DNA of 64,000 nt. It comes from Eledone cirrhosa (taxonomy: Eukaryota). Made by a program: the position numbers and the translations under genes. Below the pieces are notes generated by a model. The model worked only from the letters and a program-made list of their open reading frames with translations. It was not told where the DNA came from and made no database searches. The DNA is taken from assembly GCA_964016885.1 (NCBI GenBank), contig OZ024742.1, positions 17,422,001-17,486,000 of the forward strand, read 5' to 3'. Shown here in pieces: positions 27,293-41,900 of this stretch (position 1 is the first letter of the stretch; each line of letters opens with the position of its first letter).

Positions 27293-27426
27293 TCTGCAGT
27301 ACTGTTCGCATGCAAACACAAGAGCAAGAATGAAGGGTAAATTCTACTGACATGGTTATAAAATTGAGGCTTGTTTGCATAATTGCAAACGAATCAAATG
27401 TTATTATTAATATTCGAAAAACATTC

Positions 27427-27577
<151 letters not shown>

Positions 27578-27710
27578 CATATGTATATATAGTATTTACG
27601 TATCGAGAAAGAGAGAAAAAAAGGAGGTACGTAGGTGATATTTTAAATAAACATGTTTTAACGGTCTATTCTCCGATTTTTCACTTTCCCACGTACATAT
27701 GTATATATAT

Positions 27711-29047
27711 ATATTGTTATACTTGGGGAGGGTTATATTTGTGTAATATTACCAGAATTAATAACAGAACACACTCACTGTTTGGTTGGTTTTCGCTTTT
27801 CGCTTCTGTGTCTTTTATATCGGTAATCGAATTTATTCGGTCCTCAATGTTGCCATTGACTGACCAACGGTCAAAAATAATACAGATACAATATAGACAC
27901 AAACACATATATATTGTTTATCAAAGTTCTTTCGTTGCACATCTGCAACAACGTCAGTGGTGCTATTGTTTCCTCCCGTTACATTGTATTTTCTACGCCA
28001 TCTTTATTTAGTCTGTTTATATATTTATTTATTTGTTTATTTTATTTTGTCTTTTTGTGCATGCGTTTGCGTGTGTGTATAGTGTTTTGTTTGATGTGTG
28101 TTCGTGATTGGGTGACTGTGTATTGGTTAATGTATTCTATCTTTACTAGTGTGTGTTTATATGTGTTTGTTGTTATTGTGCTTGTGTATGTATTTATTTA
28201 TTTATTTATACTTCTCTTAGGTCAGTGTTGTTTGTTTGGGTGTTGTTGTTATTCCATTCATTCTTTCTGTTTAAAAGGACGAAAAAACGGGTCAGTACTA
28301 TATGAACATGCCAGACAACAACACGACGGTAACATAGACAACATAGAAATTAGAATAATATCTAAACATAGAAATGACCCAGCAGATAGGCAAATCAGAG
28401 AGGCCAGTGAAATAGAACTTATAAGGCCAAGGCTAAACAGAAAAAATGAATGGAATAACAACAACACCCAAACAAACAACACTGAACTAAGAGAAGTATA
28501 AATAAATAAATAAATGCACAAGCACAATAACAACAAACACATATAAACACACACTAGTAAATATAGAATACATTAACTAATACACAGTCACCCAATCACG
28601 AACACACATCAAACAAAACACTATACACACACGCAAACGCATGCGCAAAGAAGACAAAATAAAATAAACAAATAAATAAATATATAAACAGACTAAATAA
28701 AGATGGCGTAGAAAATACAATGTAACGGGAGGAAACAATAGCACCACTGACGATGTTGCAGATGTGCAACGAAAGAACTTTGATAAACTATATATATGTG
28801 TTTGTGTCTATATTGTATCTGTATTATTTTTGACCGTTGGTCAGTCAATGGCAACATTGAGGACCGAATAAATTAGATTACCGATATAAAAGACACAGAA
28901 GCGAAAAGCGAAAACCAACCAAACAGTGAGTGTGTTCTGTTATTAATTCTGGCAATATTACACAAATATGACCCTCCCCAAGTATAACAATATTTGTTTC
29001 GACACACGATTTCATATAAAAAACCTCGCAAAACTAATTCATCGCCG

Positions 29048-29050
<3 letters not shown>
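27711..29050 (+). mobile_element. PLE-derived fold-back element with about 560-bp arms
   Basis: Arms 27711-28273 and 28434-28993; the spacer encodes a GIY-YIG C-terminal-like remnant (SVLYEHARQQH...RQIREASEI...LNRKNEW). Confidence 0.85.
28744..28783 (+). ncRNA. type I hammerhead motif
   Basis: CTGACGA-t-GTTGCA gatg TGCAAC-GAAA-gaac-TT; the mirrored copy at 27921-27960 (minus) has CTGACGT. Confidence 0.65.
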
Positions 29051-29131
<81 letters not shown>

Positions 29132-29946
29132 CGTGATAGCAACAGTATCCTCCTATCTTATGTGATACAACCTACCTGATGAAAGTTCTGTGCTCTTGTG
29201 CATAAATCAAAAAGCCAGATACAGTCCTACCACTCATAAAACATACACATACACATACATACAAACATACACACAACAACACGCATACACACATACACAC
29301 ACATATACACACACATACACACATACACAGACACACATACACACAACAACACACATACATACACACACACATGCATACACGCATACACATACACACATAC
29401 ATACACACATACACACACACAACACACATACACACACACGCAACAACACACATACATACACACATACATACACACACACGTACATACACATATACACACA
29501 CACAACAACAACACACATACATACACACATACACACACACATGCATACATACATACACACACACATATGTACACACACACACACATACATACACACAACA
29601 ACACACATACATACACAACAACACATATACATACACACACACACAACACACACACATACACACAACAACACACAAGCGCGCTTAAAGATCCTGACGCAGC
29701 CAGACGAGTGCCCACGTAAATTATGATTGCATTGGGCTTGACACATTTTCCTCATATGCTCTAAATGTCATATCAATATTACTCACACAAACTTACTTCA
29801 CCTTCTAGTTAGATTTATTTCCTAAATATATTTTTCTGCCTATGTTTGTATTTTTAGTATTAGACTTTTCATTTCTTTATCGCTGGACTTTCTGCGAACT
29901 TGTTTACTGCTATAACAAATCACTATCGATTTAATAAAGTGAAGCA

Positions 29947-30081
29947 TACTGCCATGTACTGTGATATGTATGGAAATATATATATATATAATTTTATATG
30001 TACTGCCATATACTGTGATATGTATGGAAATATATATATATATAATTTTATATGTACTGCCATATACTGTGATATGTATGG

Positions 30082-30121
<40 letters not shown>

Positions 30122-30160
30122 CCATGCATATCACAGTACATGGCAGTACATATAAAAATA
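29947..30160. repeat. 54-bp unit, three direct copies plus one inverted copy across (TA)n
   Basis: TACTGCCATRTACTGTGATATGTATGGAAA at 29947, 30001 and 30055; reverse complement at about 30119-30150. Confidence 0.9.
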
Positions 30161-30454
30161 TTTAATATTGGGTGTGAATCGAAGTTGGAGCCGCTATATA
30201 GCAGGAACTAATCGAGTTGTTTGAGGCAATCACAAAGCACTCAACAGATCGAGAAGCTAAACATTATCGTTCAAAGTAAAACACAACAGTTATAAAGTGT
30301 GACACAAAAAAAAATGTTCGAATGCAGTAGCCATACGTATAACACAACAACAATTATATATTTTTTTCATTGAATTATAGGATTCTCTACATACATGCAT
30401 AAATACATACATGCATACATACATACATGCATGCATACATGCATGCATACATAC

Positions 30455-31637
30455 ATACTAAGTGAGATGGATGTTAGAACTCGCAAACTTCTCAGTGTTA
30501 CTGGGAACTTTAACATCAATGGTGATGTGGATAGGCTATACTTCTCACGCAAGGAAGGTGGCCGGGTATAAAATCAATATTAACAACATATGAGACCCGG
30601 ATAGTAACACTGAAGCAACACCTTCAGGAAAAAGGTTGGCAACCATCTTGCCCAGGTATATGAGCATGAAAAAAAAATATCATTAGAATAGCGACTGATC
30701 TGGAGGAGAGATATGGAATAAAGCCTGATATAAATCTCTCACCCTGAGAAATCGGAAGATCCTATTCAATGGTCAAACAAGATGAAAAAAATGACCAATT
30801 TACAGAAAAAGTTGTGCATGGATACTTGAGACGTAAAACACAGACCATAGAGGTGATAAACCACTCAAAAAGCCTGGCATGGAGTTCCGACACCTTGAGG
30901 GATATCTCTATGCAATACAGGAACAAGAACTCCCTACCAAATATCTGCTGCACAAAAGAGGAGGGCCAGCAGCTGACAATAAATGTAGACTATGTAAAAC
31001 AAAGATCGAGGATGTAAGCCACATTGTTGCCAGCTGAGCAAGAATGTCATCTCGCTACTACCTCCCCATGAGACACGATGGTATAGCTAGAACCATCTGG
31101 AACACACTTCGGAAAACAAAATTAACAACAAACGAGGAAGAATATATTGAGACAGATGGCACTAAGGAATACTGGTGGAACCTGAAAATAAAAACTGCCA
31201 CCAAATTAAAGCACAACCGGCCTGATATTGTTGTTTGGGACCACACATTGAAAACGTGTTCTGTTGTGGAGATCAGCTGCCCACTTGATGTAAAAGTTGT
31301 CAGAAAAATACAGGAGAAGGAGGACATCTACGGACCATTGATGAGGAGTTTACAAATCCAGTATCCAAGATACACCTTTAGCTTCATACACATCATTATT
31401 GGAGCTACGGGTTATATACCAACCCGCTTGGACCAAAGTATGACTGAACTTGGATTTGCGGACAAAAAGCGCAGCTCCCTAATACATAGTCTACAAATGG
31501 CTGCGATACATGGCACCTTCAAAATTTGCAAAACATTCTTACGATTCAAGGGATGACAATTTCTTTTCTTTTACAACCTTGCCACCAGGAAGGTGGCCGG
31601 TCAAAAAAATATACTCGAAATTAAGAGAAAGAGATAA
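30455..31637 (+). mobile_element. R4/Dong-type (RLE) non-LTR retrotransposon, 3' remnant
   Basis: DVDRLYFSRKEGGR, CRLC...H...(C), RHD, NRPDIVVWD...VEISCP...K restriction-like endonuclease; frameshifted; (CATA)n flanks. Confidence 0.85.
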
Positions 31638-31851
31638 CATATATACATGCATGCATACATACATACATACATGCATGCATGTATACATACGTACATGCAT
31701 ACATACATACATGCATGCATGTATACATACGTATGTGCATACATACATACATGCATGCATGCATACATACATACACACATACATACATACATGCATGCAT
31801 GTATACATACATACATACATGCATACATACATACATGCATACATATATATA

Positions 31852-32032
31852 TGATGGCTGCCCCCTCGTTATCGAGTATGGCCATTGCACGAGGAGAAAG
31901 AAAAAAAAATAATAATAATAATAAATAAATAAAAAGTAAATAAAAATAAAAAAAAATAAAAATAAATATATATATATATATACATATACATATACATACA
32001 CATATACACACACACACACATACATTAATAAC

Positions 32033-32067
<35 letters not shown>

Positions 32068-34725
32068 CAATAATAATAACGACAACAACAATAATAATAT
32101 ACATATACATATATATATACACACACACGCACACACATAAGCATATCTACACACACACACACACGATAGCAACTAACAGTGCTGCGATCGAATGTGGCTT
32201 TTTAGCCCAGCCAATGATCTAAAATGTCTTGCACAGAGTCGGCAACCAAAACATTCACTGGGAATAGTCGGCTGTGGTTGGAGTTCGTGTACTTTTGCAT
32301 GTCGCTTGAGCCCTCCTGCTGATTTACATTCTCTACCACATGCTTGGCAAGCATGATGAGTAGCATCCCCAACAGCAGCCTGGTAGTCAACCACTGGTCT
32401 TACTTTATGACTGCGAAGATGAATTTCGAGTCCAGCTTTGCTTAGGCAGAGTCTCGCACATACGCTGCATGTCAGCACCATAGGAGGACTCTCGCCGTCT
32501 GGAAGTGCAACAGCAATGCCCTTCCTCACATCCCGCTTTACTTTCTCGTATGCGATTCGAGATGCCTCAAAGGCAACTTTTCCCTCATATACAGTCTTTC
32601 TTCATTTATTACGATCAGCACCAATATTCTCCCATGTATCAGCAGAGATGTTAGCGTCTTTCAGAGAGGCTTTCAAGGAATCCTTATACCTCTTTTTTGG
32701 TTTATGTGGCGGTCGTTTTCCTTTAACCAACTCTCCATAAAAGAGTTGTTTTGGTATTCTAGAATCCTTCATCCTGGCAAGGTGACCACTCCAACGGAGT
32801 CGTTGCTTAAGCACAAGAGCTTCTATACTGTCACACATAGAGCTTTCCAAAATCTCGACATCACTGATGTGGTCCCTCCAGTGAACGCCATGGATCCGTC
32901 TGAGACACATCTGATGGAAACGCTCCAATTGCTTAAGGTGGTGTCGATATGTGACCCAGGTCTCGCAGGCATAAAGAAGACAAGAGAGCACACATGCCCT
33001 GTACACCTTTACCTTTGTCCTCCTGCGTATGTCTCGCCGACCCCAGAGTCGCCTTTCTAGCTTTCCGAAAGCATCACTTGCTTTCCTAATCCTAAGTGAG
33101 ATTTCACTGTCAAGGTTGCTGTATCGATTGACAGTGCTTCCCAGGTAGACAAACTGATCAACCACTCCAAGTCGTTTGCCATACACATAGATGTTTGGTT
33201 CAGTGTACTGCTTACCAGGGGCAGGTTGGTACATGACGACGGTTTTCTTGAGACTGACAGTCAGACCTAGGGCAGTGCAAGCGTCAGAAAATGCATTCAA
33301 AATGTGCTGCATATCACTCTCTGTGTGCGCTACAAGATCGCAATCATCTGCATACAAGAGGTCTCTTATGATTGATGTAAATACTTTTGTCTTCGCATCA
33401 AAGCGCCTGATGTTAAATATGCTGCCTGAGGTTCGATATCGGATGTAAACACCATGCTCGCAATTCCTGTATGCAATACAGAAAACCATTGCAAAGTATA
33501 TGGCAAACAGGGTCAGTGCTGGAATATCCCCCTGTTTCACTCCATTTTTTACTGAGATAGGCTCCGACATGTTACCCCCGACATTAACCCAAGCCTTCAT
33601 GTCGTCATGGAAAGACCTAACTAAAGCAAGGAACTTATCAGGGCAATCAAGTTTCTGGAGAACCTTCCATAATGCATCTCTGTTAACAGTATCGAAAGTT
33701 TTGTCAGATCGACAAAAACCTGATACAGATCCAAGCCTTGTTCCATGCACTTCTCCTGGAGCTGTCTAGCTGAGAAGATCATATCAGTAGTGCCGCGTCC
33801 AGCACGTAAACCAGATTGACTTTCAGGAAGAACACAATCTGCAATGTGTGTCAGCAGACGGTCCATAAGCACCCTACATAAAACTTTCCCTATGACAGAC
33901 ACCAATGATATACCTCTCTAGTTCCCACAATCGTTCCTGTTACCCTTTCCCTTGTACAAGACCACCATTACTGCATCTCTCCAGTCCTCAGGTACGGATT
34001 CATTAACCCATATCCTGCCAAATAAAAAGTGAAGATGTTGCAGGAGTCTCTCACCACCATATTGTAGGAGTTCAGCATGTATGCCATCCATACCTGGAGA
34101 TCTTCCACTGTTCAGCTTCGAAATAGCCACTGCAACCTCCACAAGCGTCGGAGGTTCTGCGAGAGCTACTTTCACAGGACTTTCTGGAATGAGATTGAGG
34201 AAATCTTCACTGACGACAGACGGCTGATTCAAAAGATCATCAAAGTGCTCTCGCCACCTTCGTAGAATTCCTTGTGAGTCACGAAGAAGTTATTTGCCAT
34301 CCTTGCTGCGAAGCGGTGTCACCAGAGAAGAAGACGGTCCATAAACCTCACGCAAGAGACTGTACAACAGCTTTGTGTTATTGGAATCAGACGCAGTTTG
34401 TATCTCACCAGCCTTCTCACTCCACCACTGATCCTTCATCTGAGAAAGACTCCGCCTAACACGTGTTTTTACATCCCTGAGTTCCTCATGCAACGTATTC
34501 CTCTCCTGTGGTTTTGCCGTCAGGTAGCGTGACAGAGCACGCCTCTTATCAGCCAACACGTCTTCTATATGTCCATCATTCTCATCAAACCGGTCCTGAT
34601 GTTTCCTCTGCGCCAATCCCAGAACACGCCTGCCTACATCATAAACCGACTTTTTAAGGGTCGGCCAATCCTCACCAAGATCTGCAGCCTGCATCTCTTC
34701 TTCCAATGTCCTCTTCACATTTTTT
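31852..34725 (-). mobile_element. RTE-clade LINE, 5'-truncated and decayed
   Basis: SPGMDGIHAE, LPESQSGLRAGRGT, GVKQG, LYADD, FVYLGS, LLYACETW, LRWSGH...RIPKQLFYGEL; C-terminal C2H2 fingers; probable 3' tail at 31852-31892. Confidence 0.9.
32173..32529 (-). pseudogene. three C2H2 zinc fingers at the RTE ORF C-terminus
   Basis: CSVC...HLRSH, CQAC...HAKVH, CRLC...HIRSQH, each with an SxxGL helix. Confidence 0.8.
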
Positions 34726-34859
34726 ATACATACATACATACATACATACATACATACATACATACATACATACATACATACATACATACATACATACATA
34801 CATACATACATACATGCATACATACAAATATACATACTTACATACTTACATACATACAT

Positions 34860-35745
34860 ATTCACAAAAGAGATAGGGATGCAGGCAAAACACCTAGATG
34901 TGATAACAAGTGCAGACTCTGCAGAACTAACATCGAAGATATCACCCATGTCATCAGCAGCTGTCCAAAGATGTCATCGCGGTACTATCTACCTATGAGG
35001 CATGATGTAGTGGCCAAAACACTGTACAATACAATCCGTAGAAAAGATAGCCCCGATAATAAACACATTAAAAGCTACAGCAATGTGGAAGACATCCATG
35101 TACATAATATGAAAGAGTACTGGTGGAATGTTCCAGTAAAAACCCCAATAAAATGCAAGCATAACAGACCAGATATTATGATATGAGACAGGGAGAAGAA
35201 AGCATGCACAATAGTGGAAATTAGCTGCCCAGCAGATGCCAATATAATATCAAAGATTAATGAAAAGGAGAATATCTATGCAGAACTAATGAGAAACCTG
35301 CAGATACTCCACCCTGATTATACCTTCAGGTTTATGCCTGTGATTATTGAGGCACTGAGATATATTAGTAACTGCCTCAATACAAATCTTCAGAAGCTGG
35401 GCTTCACAGGAACAGAAAGAACACAACTAGTTAGGAAATTACAAGTACAATCCATTAATGGAACAGTAAAAATGTGTAAAATATTCCAAAACTTTTGCAT
35501 CTAATAACTGCATATACACATGTACAGATACAAAGCATATGCACATGCGCACATACAACTCAAAACATACTCATCCACACATACAATAACATCCATACCT
35601 ACACATGCATGCATACAGAGATGCATACATATCTACCTAGTTGATGTTGTGTAAATTCTAATGAGAGACGCTTGTATCTATGTTAGAAACCGACTCTCTC
35701 TCTCTATAGGCAAAAAATTGTGAAATTATAAAACCAGAAAAACAT
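34860..35745 (+). mobile_element. second R4/Dong-type 3' remnant
   Basis: CRLCRTNIEDITHVISSC, MSSRYYLPMRHD, HNRPD, VEISCP; (CATA)n flanks. Confidence 0.87.
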
Positions 35746-37298
35746 ACATACTTACATACATACATAGTTACATACATACTTACATACATACTTACATACA
35801 TAACAAACATTAAACACAGTAAGTCTCCTAGATCTAACATACAATCAACACGTGCTACAGGCCGCCATGTTACTAAGCTTTCTAACAGCCAGCTCGACCA
35901 TCAACAAACAGCAGCAATACACAAACACTCTCTTGAAACAACCATGCTGGTGAGAAATTTGACACCACGTGTATCAACTGATTTTATGTTATTCGCTGTT
36001 AAGCTGATCATCATCAAAACACTCTCTATGGTAATGATAATACGCCTGCCATTAGCTGGGAAAGTCAAGAATATAAACAATTAAAATATACCCTCAGTGA
36101 AACTTTCCCGAGAGGAATAAGATGATGTAAAAATATTTCTCTCGCAGAACGACATAAAACGACAATATTAAACAAGAAACCCAATAATAAATTCCTGCGT
36201 GAATGTGAATATTCACGATAAATTGAAGTCCCTACATTTTGGCAAATGAACGTCTGCTTATGTACCCTGGCAGCCACAGTTAAACATTACCTTGGTGATA
36301 ACAGAGATGTTAACTACAACAAAACACCACGAAAAATGCTATCATATATTACAAAAATAGAATATAAGAATGCTGACCTACGGGAAAATATCGGATATGT
36401 GACAATGCTCTTCACATGCAAATAAAATCAGTACAATTTTCTCCATCAAAGAGGGAAACATAACATAGAATGGTGTAGTAGAGAGTACAACCAGAACTCT
36501 TTAATTCAAGTAGATCATCCTTACACAAGAATTGAGAGCTGTCGGCGAGAAACTTCGATACCAGGAGAGGGTGGCTGAAAGAAAAATGATTAATAAAATA
36601 TTCAGCTGAAACCAAATATCTTTATACTTTGTGCTTGTCTGCAATTTAATACAACCAAAACGGTGCATAATGGGAAAATACTTTGAAAGGAAGTTGCCCC
36701 TGAATTGGTAATACAAATGGAATAAAACAAGTTTCGCGTAAATCGGAGCACGGTTTCCCAAGATACGGGGCACCTTCATCAATAGAGAGAGAAAGATATA
36801 GTGGTTGTGAGAGAGTAGTTTGAAAGAGAGACATAAAGAGAGAGAGCTGGTGGTGTTGTTGATTGAAATTATAACAAGTGACTTCAAAGAATCGAATACA
36901 TTTAAGTGAACGTGACCCGTTGGGTCACAGGTTGTCTAGTCAGTCTATAGAGATTTGAGGGACAAAACAATGTCCCCGAGGCCTTATCTCAGAAAGACTG
37001 AAAAAAATATGGGGTGAAGAAAAGAAATTCATCCAGGATAGAATATGATTGAAAGAGATGCGAACTACTGCCACTGTGCTACAAACATAGAGAATAAATG
37101 CTACTCTTCAGACTGGGATAGGAAAATTCCAAGATAAGAAAACACTATACATTGCACTACGTAAAAAAGAGAGGCTCGACAATAAAGATTTAAAAGTTAC
37201 AGCAATGTGGGGGACATATAAATACGAAACTTGGAGATGAGAGAGTCGCTCCAGGTAGGACCGCTATTTCTCTGAATTGTGAGATCACAGCTGCGATG

Positions 37299-37370
37299 CT
37301 ATGGGCATGTCGAAAAACATGGATGTATTATATATATATAATACATCCATGTTTTACAACATGCCCATAG
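37299..37370. repeat. 72-bp palindrome centred on (TA)n
   Basis: CTATGGGCATGT...CATGGATGTATTA(TA)nATACATCCATG...ACATGCCCATAG. Confidence 0.85.
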
Positions 37371-37614
37371 TAGACTTGAAGGCGGCCACCAGGACTAGCA
37401 ACTGCTAATTTTGGGCCGCCTTGGGCATCTCTCTCTGCTTTACAGCCCCTTGGATTGTGTCTATTATATTCCTTTCTTGGATAAATTTCAGAATACCTGA
37501 TGATCTCACCGGATTCACACTGAACCCGGTCATTGAAATGTTCATAGTATAATAAACCTTTAAGGAATTACACCAGTCCAGCCTCCTGTTATTTTATAAT
37601 AATTATATATATAA

Positions 37615-37705
<91 letters not shown>

Positions 37706-38996
37706 CAAAGAAATGGAGAAATGTGTATCTGTATGTACATATGTACCTATATGTACGTTGAAAAGTCCTAGAATCGGTCATGATTTGGTTAAACAGGAAT
37801 TCCTTTAAACTGATGTCTGTAAAGAGTTGAAGATCACCGAATACGCAAGTCTATTAAACTAAGCTGCAGAGAAAAATATTCTGTCGGAATATGTCATCTG
37901 GAAGAGTTAGAGAAATGGTGCTTGCTTTTTCCGTCATGTTATTCAAATTAGTTATTCATTTAGCCACTTCATGTCAACTTACTTAGAAGCATGAATCGAC
38001 GAATTAGAATTATAATAAATGTATTAAAACTGTAATATCCGGGATATCTACTCAGTTTTATTCCGTTTGCCATTACTGTCGCTTGGAACTTTGATTCCTA
38101 CATTGAAAAAAACGTAATTCACGAAAAATAATTGAGATATTAGGTAAATAGATCAATAGAATTAAGTTATTCCGAAAGTTATATATGGAATAGAAATTAC
38201 GAATTTTTTCCACATTTTTATGGATAATGGGAGAATAAATGGCATAAAGACCCAGACTCCTTCCCTGATGGTATAAAGACCCAGCCTCCTTCCCTGGAAA
38301 ATGTCCATTCCCTTCAATTACGCTACTTATTTCATTTCCCAGCAATACCTAGAAATCTCTTCATTTTTCTCAATTAGAACTCTTCTTTATGCAATGAATG
38401 TAACTAATAAATTTCATTATCATCTCTCTCTCACTCCTTCTCTTCCTCACCCCTTGTTTTTCCGCTCTTTCTCTCTTTCTCTCTCACATACACACAGACA
38501 TACACACACACTATCTCTCTCCCTTTCTCTCTTTCTCTCTCTCTCTCTTTCTCTCATATAGACACAGACATACACAAACACTCTCTCTCTCCCCCTTTCT
38601 CTTTTTCCCTTTCTCTTTTTTTCTGTCTTTCTCCAACTAAAATTAAATAACATGATTTAGAAAATACCCTGGTTCACAACTGATCTTTCACACGATAAAA
38701 GTAAAGATAAGTTGCATCATCTGGCTGAGGCCATGCTGGGTCACCGACCTTGTTGCTACACGTTCTATATCCAGCCTGGTGTAGGAGGAACTTCGTTGCT
38801 GCTACCCTTGGTTACCTTCGTTCTGTGCTGTGGGTTCACCTGGAATCCTGGATAGGAGAGTGTAATGATGTTTCCTGCAAACATCAACGTCCATACCATG
38901 CAGATCTCTCAATTGTCTTGGCAACTTATATATATATATTAGTGTGTTTGTGTTGACGCTGACCTCTATTTCAACATAACATTATTTTATCAATGC

Positions 38997-41900
38997 TATC
39001 CTCCTGTGTTTTATTTTAATTGATCCTCCTGTGTTTTATTTTAATTGATCCACCTGTGTTTTATTTTAACTGATCCACCTGTATTTTATTTTAACTGATC
39101 CACCAGTATTTTATTTTAACTGATCCACCTGTATTTTATTTTAACTGATCCTCTTGTGTTTTATTTTAACTGATCCACCTGTATTTTATTTTAATTGATC
39201 CTCCTGTATTTTATTTTAACTGATCCTCCTGTATTTTATTTTAACTGATCCACCTGTATTTTATTTTAACTGGTCCACCTGTGTTTTATTTTAACTGATC
39301 CACCTGTATTTTATTTTAACTGATCCACCTGTATTTTATTTTAACTGATCCACCAGTATTTTATTTTAACTGATCCACCTGTATTTTATTTTAATTGATC
39401 CACCTGTATTTTATTTTAACTGATCCACCTGTATTTTATTTTAACTGATCCTCCTGGGTTTTTTTAGCTGATCCACCTGTATTTTATTTTAACTGATCCT
39501 CCTGTTTTTTTTTAACTGATCCACCTGTATTTTATTTTAACTGATCCACCTGTATTTTATTTTAACTGATCCACCTGTGTTTTATTTTAACTGATCCACC
39601 TGTGTTTTATTTTAACTGATCCACCTGTATTTTATTTTAACTGATCCACCTGTATTTTATTTTAACTGATCCACCTGTATTTTATTTTAATTGATCCTCC
39701 TGTATTTTATTTTAACTGATCCACCTGTATTTTATTTTAACTGATCCACCTGTATTTTATTTTAACTGATCCACCTCTATTTTATCTTAACTGATCCACT
39801 TGTATTTTATTTTATCTGATCCACCTGTATTTTATTTTAATTGATCCACCTGTATTCTATTTTAACTGATCCACCTGTATTTTATTTTAATTGATCCACC
39901 TGTATTTTATTTTAACTGATCCACCTGTATTTTATTTTAACTGATCCTCCTGTTTTTTTTAACTGATCCACATATATTTTATTTTAATTGATCCACCTGT
40001 ATTTTATTTTAACTGATCCTCCTGTGTTTTATTTTAACTGATCCTCCTGTGTTTTATTTTAACTGATCCACCTGTATTTTATTTTAATTGATCCTCCTGT
40101 ATTTTATTTTAACTGATCCTCCTGTCTTTTATTTTAACTGATCCACCTGTATTTTATTTTAACTGATCCACCTGTGTTTTATTTTAACTGATCCACCTGT
40201 ATTTTATTTTAACTGATCCACCAGTATTTTATTTTAACTGATCCACCTCTATTTTATTTTAACTGATCCACATGTATTTTATTTTAACTGATCCACCTGT
40301 ATTTTATTTTAACTGATCCACCTGTATTTTATTCTAATTGATCCACCTGTATTTTATGTTAACTGATCATCCTGTGTTTTATTTTAACTGATCCAACTGT
40401 ATTTTATTTTAGTTGATCCACCTGTATTTTATTTTAACTGATCCACCCGTATTTAATTATAACTGATCCTCCTGTTTTTCTTTAACTGATCCACCTGTAT
40501 TTTATTTTAACTGATCCTCCTGTATTTTATTTTAACTGATCCTCCTGTGTTTTATTTTAACTGATCCACCTGTGTTTTATTTTAACTGATCCACATGTAT
40601 TTTATTTTAACTGATCCACCTGTATTTTATTTTAACTGATCTACCTGTATTTTATTTTAATTGATCCTCCTGTATTTTATTTTAACTGATCCACCTGTAT
40701 TTTATTTTAACTGATCTACCTGTATTTTATTTTAATTGATCCTCCTGTATTTTATTTTAACTGATCCACCTGTATTTTATCTTAACTGATCCACCTGTAT
40801 TTTATTTTATCTGATCCACCTGTATTTTATTTTAATTGATCCACCTGTATTCTATTTTAACTGATCCACCTGTATTTTATTTTAATTGATCCACCTGTAT
40901 TTTATTTTAACTGATCCACCTGTATTTTATTTTAACTGATCCTCCTGTTTTTTTTTAACTGATCCACCTATATTTTATTTTAATTGATCCACCTGTATTT
41001 TATTTTAACTGATCCTCCTGTGTTTTATTTTAACTTATCCTCCTGTATTTTATTTTAATTGATCCACCTGTATTTTATTTTAACTGATCATCCTGTGTTT
41101 TATTTTAACTGATCCACCTGTATTTTATTTTAATTGATCCACCTGTATTTTATTTTAACTGATCCACCCGTATTTAATTTTAACTGATCCTCCTGTTTTT
41201 CTTTAACTGATCCACCTGTATTTTATTTTAACTGATCCTCCAGTTTTTTTTAACTGATCCACCTGTATTTTATTTTAACTGATCCACCTGTGTTTTATTT
41301 TAACTGATCCACCTGTATTTTATTTTAACTGATCCACCTGTATTTTATTTTAACTGATCCACCTGTATTTTATTTTAACTGATCCACCTGTATTTTATTT
41401 TAATTGATCCTCCTGTATTTTATTTTAACTGATCCACCTGTATTTTATTTTAACTGATCCACCTGTATTTTATTTTAACTGATCCACCTGTATTTTATCT
41501 TAACTGATCCACTTGTATTTTATTTTATGTGATCCACCTGTATTTTATTTTAATTGATCCACCTGTATTCTATTATAACTGATCCACCTGTATTTTATTT
41601 TAATTGATCCACCTGTATTTTATTTTAACTGATCCACCTGTATTTTATTTTAACTGATCCTCCTGTTTTTTTTTAACTGATCCACCTATAACTTATTTTA
41701 ATTGATCCACCTGTATTTTATTTTAACTGATCCTCCTGTGTTTTATTTTAACTGATCCTCCTGTATTTTATTTTAATTGATCCACCTGTATTTTGTTTTA
41801 ACTGATCATCCTGTGTTTTATTTTAACTGATCCACCTGTATTTTATTTTAATTGATCCACCTGTATTTTATTTTAACTGATCCACCCGTATTTAATTTTA

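Noticed and set aside
35850-36900. Possible decayed LINE ORF1 or host exon
   Set aside because: No continuous frame or recognisable motif.
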